From Vicugna vicugna (lineage: Eukaryota), in the NCBI GenBank assembly GCA_013265495.1, contig MU057887.1, positions 1,065,985-1,129,984 of the forward strand: DNA of 64,000 bases, given 5' to 3'. Positions 62,451 to 64,000 of the stretch are shown piece after piece; the stretch's first letter is position 1, and each line of letters begins with the position of its first letter. Under the pieces are notes generated by a model. The model worked only from the letters and a program-made list of their open reading frames with translations. It searched no databases and was not told the origin of the DNA. The position numbers and the translations under genes were made by a program.

Positions 62451-63252
62451 CTGGAGGAGGCAGCCTGCTAGGAGGAGGTGTGGGGTGTCGGAGAGCTCAG
62501 AGCTCTTGTACCATCTTACCAGGCAGAAAGCAGAAGGATCTCTCTGCTCAGCTGCCTGTCAGCTGTGTGACCTTGTGAAGGTCCTGCTGCCCGTCTGGGC
62601 CTCAGGCACGGGCACTGGGCCTGTGTGTCCCTCCAGGGTCTGGCTCAGCCACCCTTTCCTGGGAGCCAGGTTCCCTTTAGGAAGGAAGGAACAACATCTG
62701 TAGCCTTTCCCCAGACGAGGGACGCCCAGGTCACCCTGGGTGGCAGGACCAGACCAGCCAGAACCCACCAGGAGGGGTCCCCGTCCGTCCAGTGGGTGGA
62801 GGGAGCAGGCCTCAAGACCACGGGATGTCCTGGGGCAGCAGGGAAGCTGTGCTGTCAGAGGGCAGGGGCCAGGTGGGCACTCGTGGCCCCTTTGGACACA
62901 TGTTGGCCTCCAACAGAAGACAGTCTTCCTCCCAGTGTCACCAGGGCAGAAGTCCCTCAGGGACCTCATGGCCACTCCTGTCCAGACGGGAGTGATCCAG
63001 TTGCCTGTAACGTTCTCCCCGAAGCCACGCTGCCCTTCTGCCTGCCTCCCTCCCCCTCCCCTCTGCTTCCTTTTCCCTTTCTGGGTGATGGCTTTCTCCT
63101 GGGGGGCTGCTCCTGGGGAGTTCGGGGCTGTGCAGGCCCTCCACGGACTCGCCTGCCAGAGTCTCCGGCTCCCTGCAGCTCCCCTCCTCCCTCCAGGAGG
63201 TACCTCCGGAAGCCACGAAGCCCCTCGCGGCGCCGAGACTGACGGCCCTTTG

Positions 63253-63326
63253 GGGTGAGGTAGTAGGTTGTATAGTTTGGGGCCCTGCCCTGCTATGGGA
63301 TAACTATGCAACCTACTGTCTTTCCT
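63253..63326 (+). ncRNA. MIRLET7A3: microRNA precursor let-7a-3
   Basis: Exact let-7a-5p TGAGGTAGTAGGTTGTATAGTT. The loop TGGGGCCCTGCCCTGCTATGGGATAA is diagnostic of the a-3 paralog. Complementary 3p arm at 63304-63324, lower stem extending to 63242/63337, and CNNC (CGAC) at 63343-63346. Confidence 0.98.
63256..63277 (+). ncRNA. let-7a: Mature let-7a-5p
   Basis: 22/22 identity to the canonical let-7a-5p sequence. Confidence 0.98.
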
Positions 63327-63419
63327 GAAGTGGCCGTAATGCCGACAGCGGACGGCGCCAGGGCCCGGCTGGGCGGGGCCGGGTGCACAGTGGCTGCCAT
63401 GAAGTAAGAAATCTGACTG

Positions 63420-63502
63420 GCCTGGATTCCCACTTGCTGTGTGGCCTGGGGCAGGTCCCCTGACCTCTCTGGGCTTCAGTTTCCTGATCTGTGAAATAGG
63501 AC
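63420..63502 (+). mobile_element. MIR fragment between the two let-7 hairpins
   Basis: CTTGCTGTGTGGCCTGGGGCAGGT...ACCTCTCTGGGCTTCAGTTTCCTGATCTGTGAAATAGG. Confidence 0.8.
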
Positions 63503-63991
63503 AAGTGAGGCTTGAGGGAAATACTGGGTGAAGTATCCCAGGAGGGCAGGGCTCAGAGTTGACCTCTCTCCCCACGCTGTGCTGAGAGCTGATGGGCCCG
63601 TCGGGCAGTTTGTGCGGCCCAGCCCCGTCCCCTGCGCCAGGCTCGTGGGCAGCCCCTGGTCTGGACTGTGCCCTCAGCTGCATCCCTGTGGCCAGCCCTG
63701 GACCACAGGAGGAGGGGTGCCAGCTGAGACTTCACTAGGGTAGCCGGGCGGGAGGTGGAAGAGAAGAGTTACTTGGACACAGCCTGGCCCCTGATGGGTA
63801 CAGACCCGCTCCATCCCCAACAACCTCAGGTAGACGGTGTGGGAAACAAGGTGCCAGCTGCATCTTCCCTTCTGCCCTGCACTGCCCAGCCCTCCAGCTC
63901 AGCTCTGGTGGCTGCGGACCACCCGGCAAGGCCGGGGCCGAGCGCAGGGCGGCCGTGGGGACGGCGGACCCTCCCATAGCCCGGGTGCCAG

Positions 63992-64000
63992 CGGGGTGAG
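63992..64000 (+). ncRNA. MIRLET7B: Probable 5' start of pre-let-7b, truncated by the window edge
   Basis: The window ends CGGGGTGAG, the first 9 nt of pre-let-7b (CGGGGUGAGGUAG...), about 0.74 kb after let-7a-3 as expected for this cluster. Only 9 nt are visible. Confidence 0.55.

Larger units (their letters stand above)
8870..64000 (+). ncRNA. MIRLET7BHG: Inferred let-7a-3/let-7b host transcription unit (boundaries and exons unresolved)
   Basis: The hairpins are on the + strand, the order is syntenic with the human locus, and the upstream CpG islands carry + strand donors. No transcript evidence is available from sequence alone. Confidence 0.45.

Noticed and set aside
62559..63683. 374-aa minus-strand ORF
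   Set aside because: It reads antisense through the let-7a-3 hairpin and a MIR, which is not credible as coding.
42000..63990. Orthologs of human MIR3619 and MIR4763
   Set aside because: I could not recognise either hairpin by eye. These are poorly conserved annotations, and a BLAST search would be needed.

Overview
This is GC-rich mammalian genomic DNA, probably from a camelid (two vic-1-type tRNA-derived SINEs). I find no credible protein-coding gene. The window looks orthologous to the human chr22q13.31 PRR34 / PRR34-AS1 / MIRLET7BHG interval. It holds a complete let-7a-3 hairpin at 63253-63326 (+), and the last 9 nt match the start of pre-let-7b. Sequence resembling the human PRR34 ORF lies at about 8865-9169 (-) but is split across three frames with no ATG. 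Upstream of the miRNAs are six CpG islands, five with a good + strand splice donor, suggesting several alternative first exons feeding the let-7 cluster. AT-rich, repeat-poor blocks interrupt the first 39 kb. Repeats include MIR, L2, MLT1, hAT MITEs, a 5'-truncated L1 and SINEs, and there is a 211-N gap. The most notable directly visible observation is a let-7a-3 3p arm with two structure-preserving substitutions, one in its seed. All family and ortholog assignments rest on recalled sequences, not on searches. I found no well-supported novel biological system.
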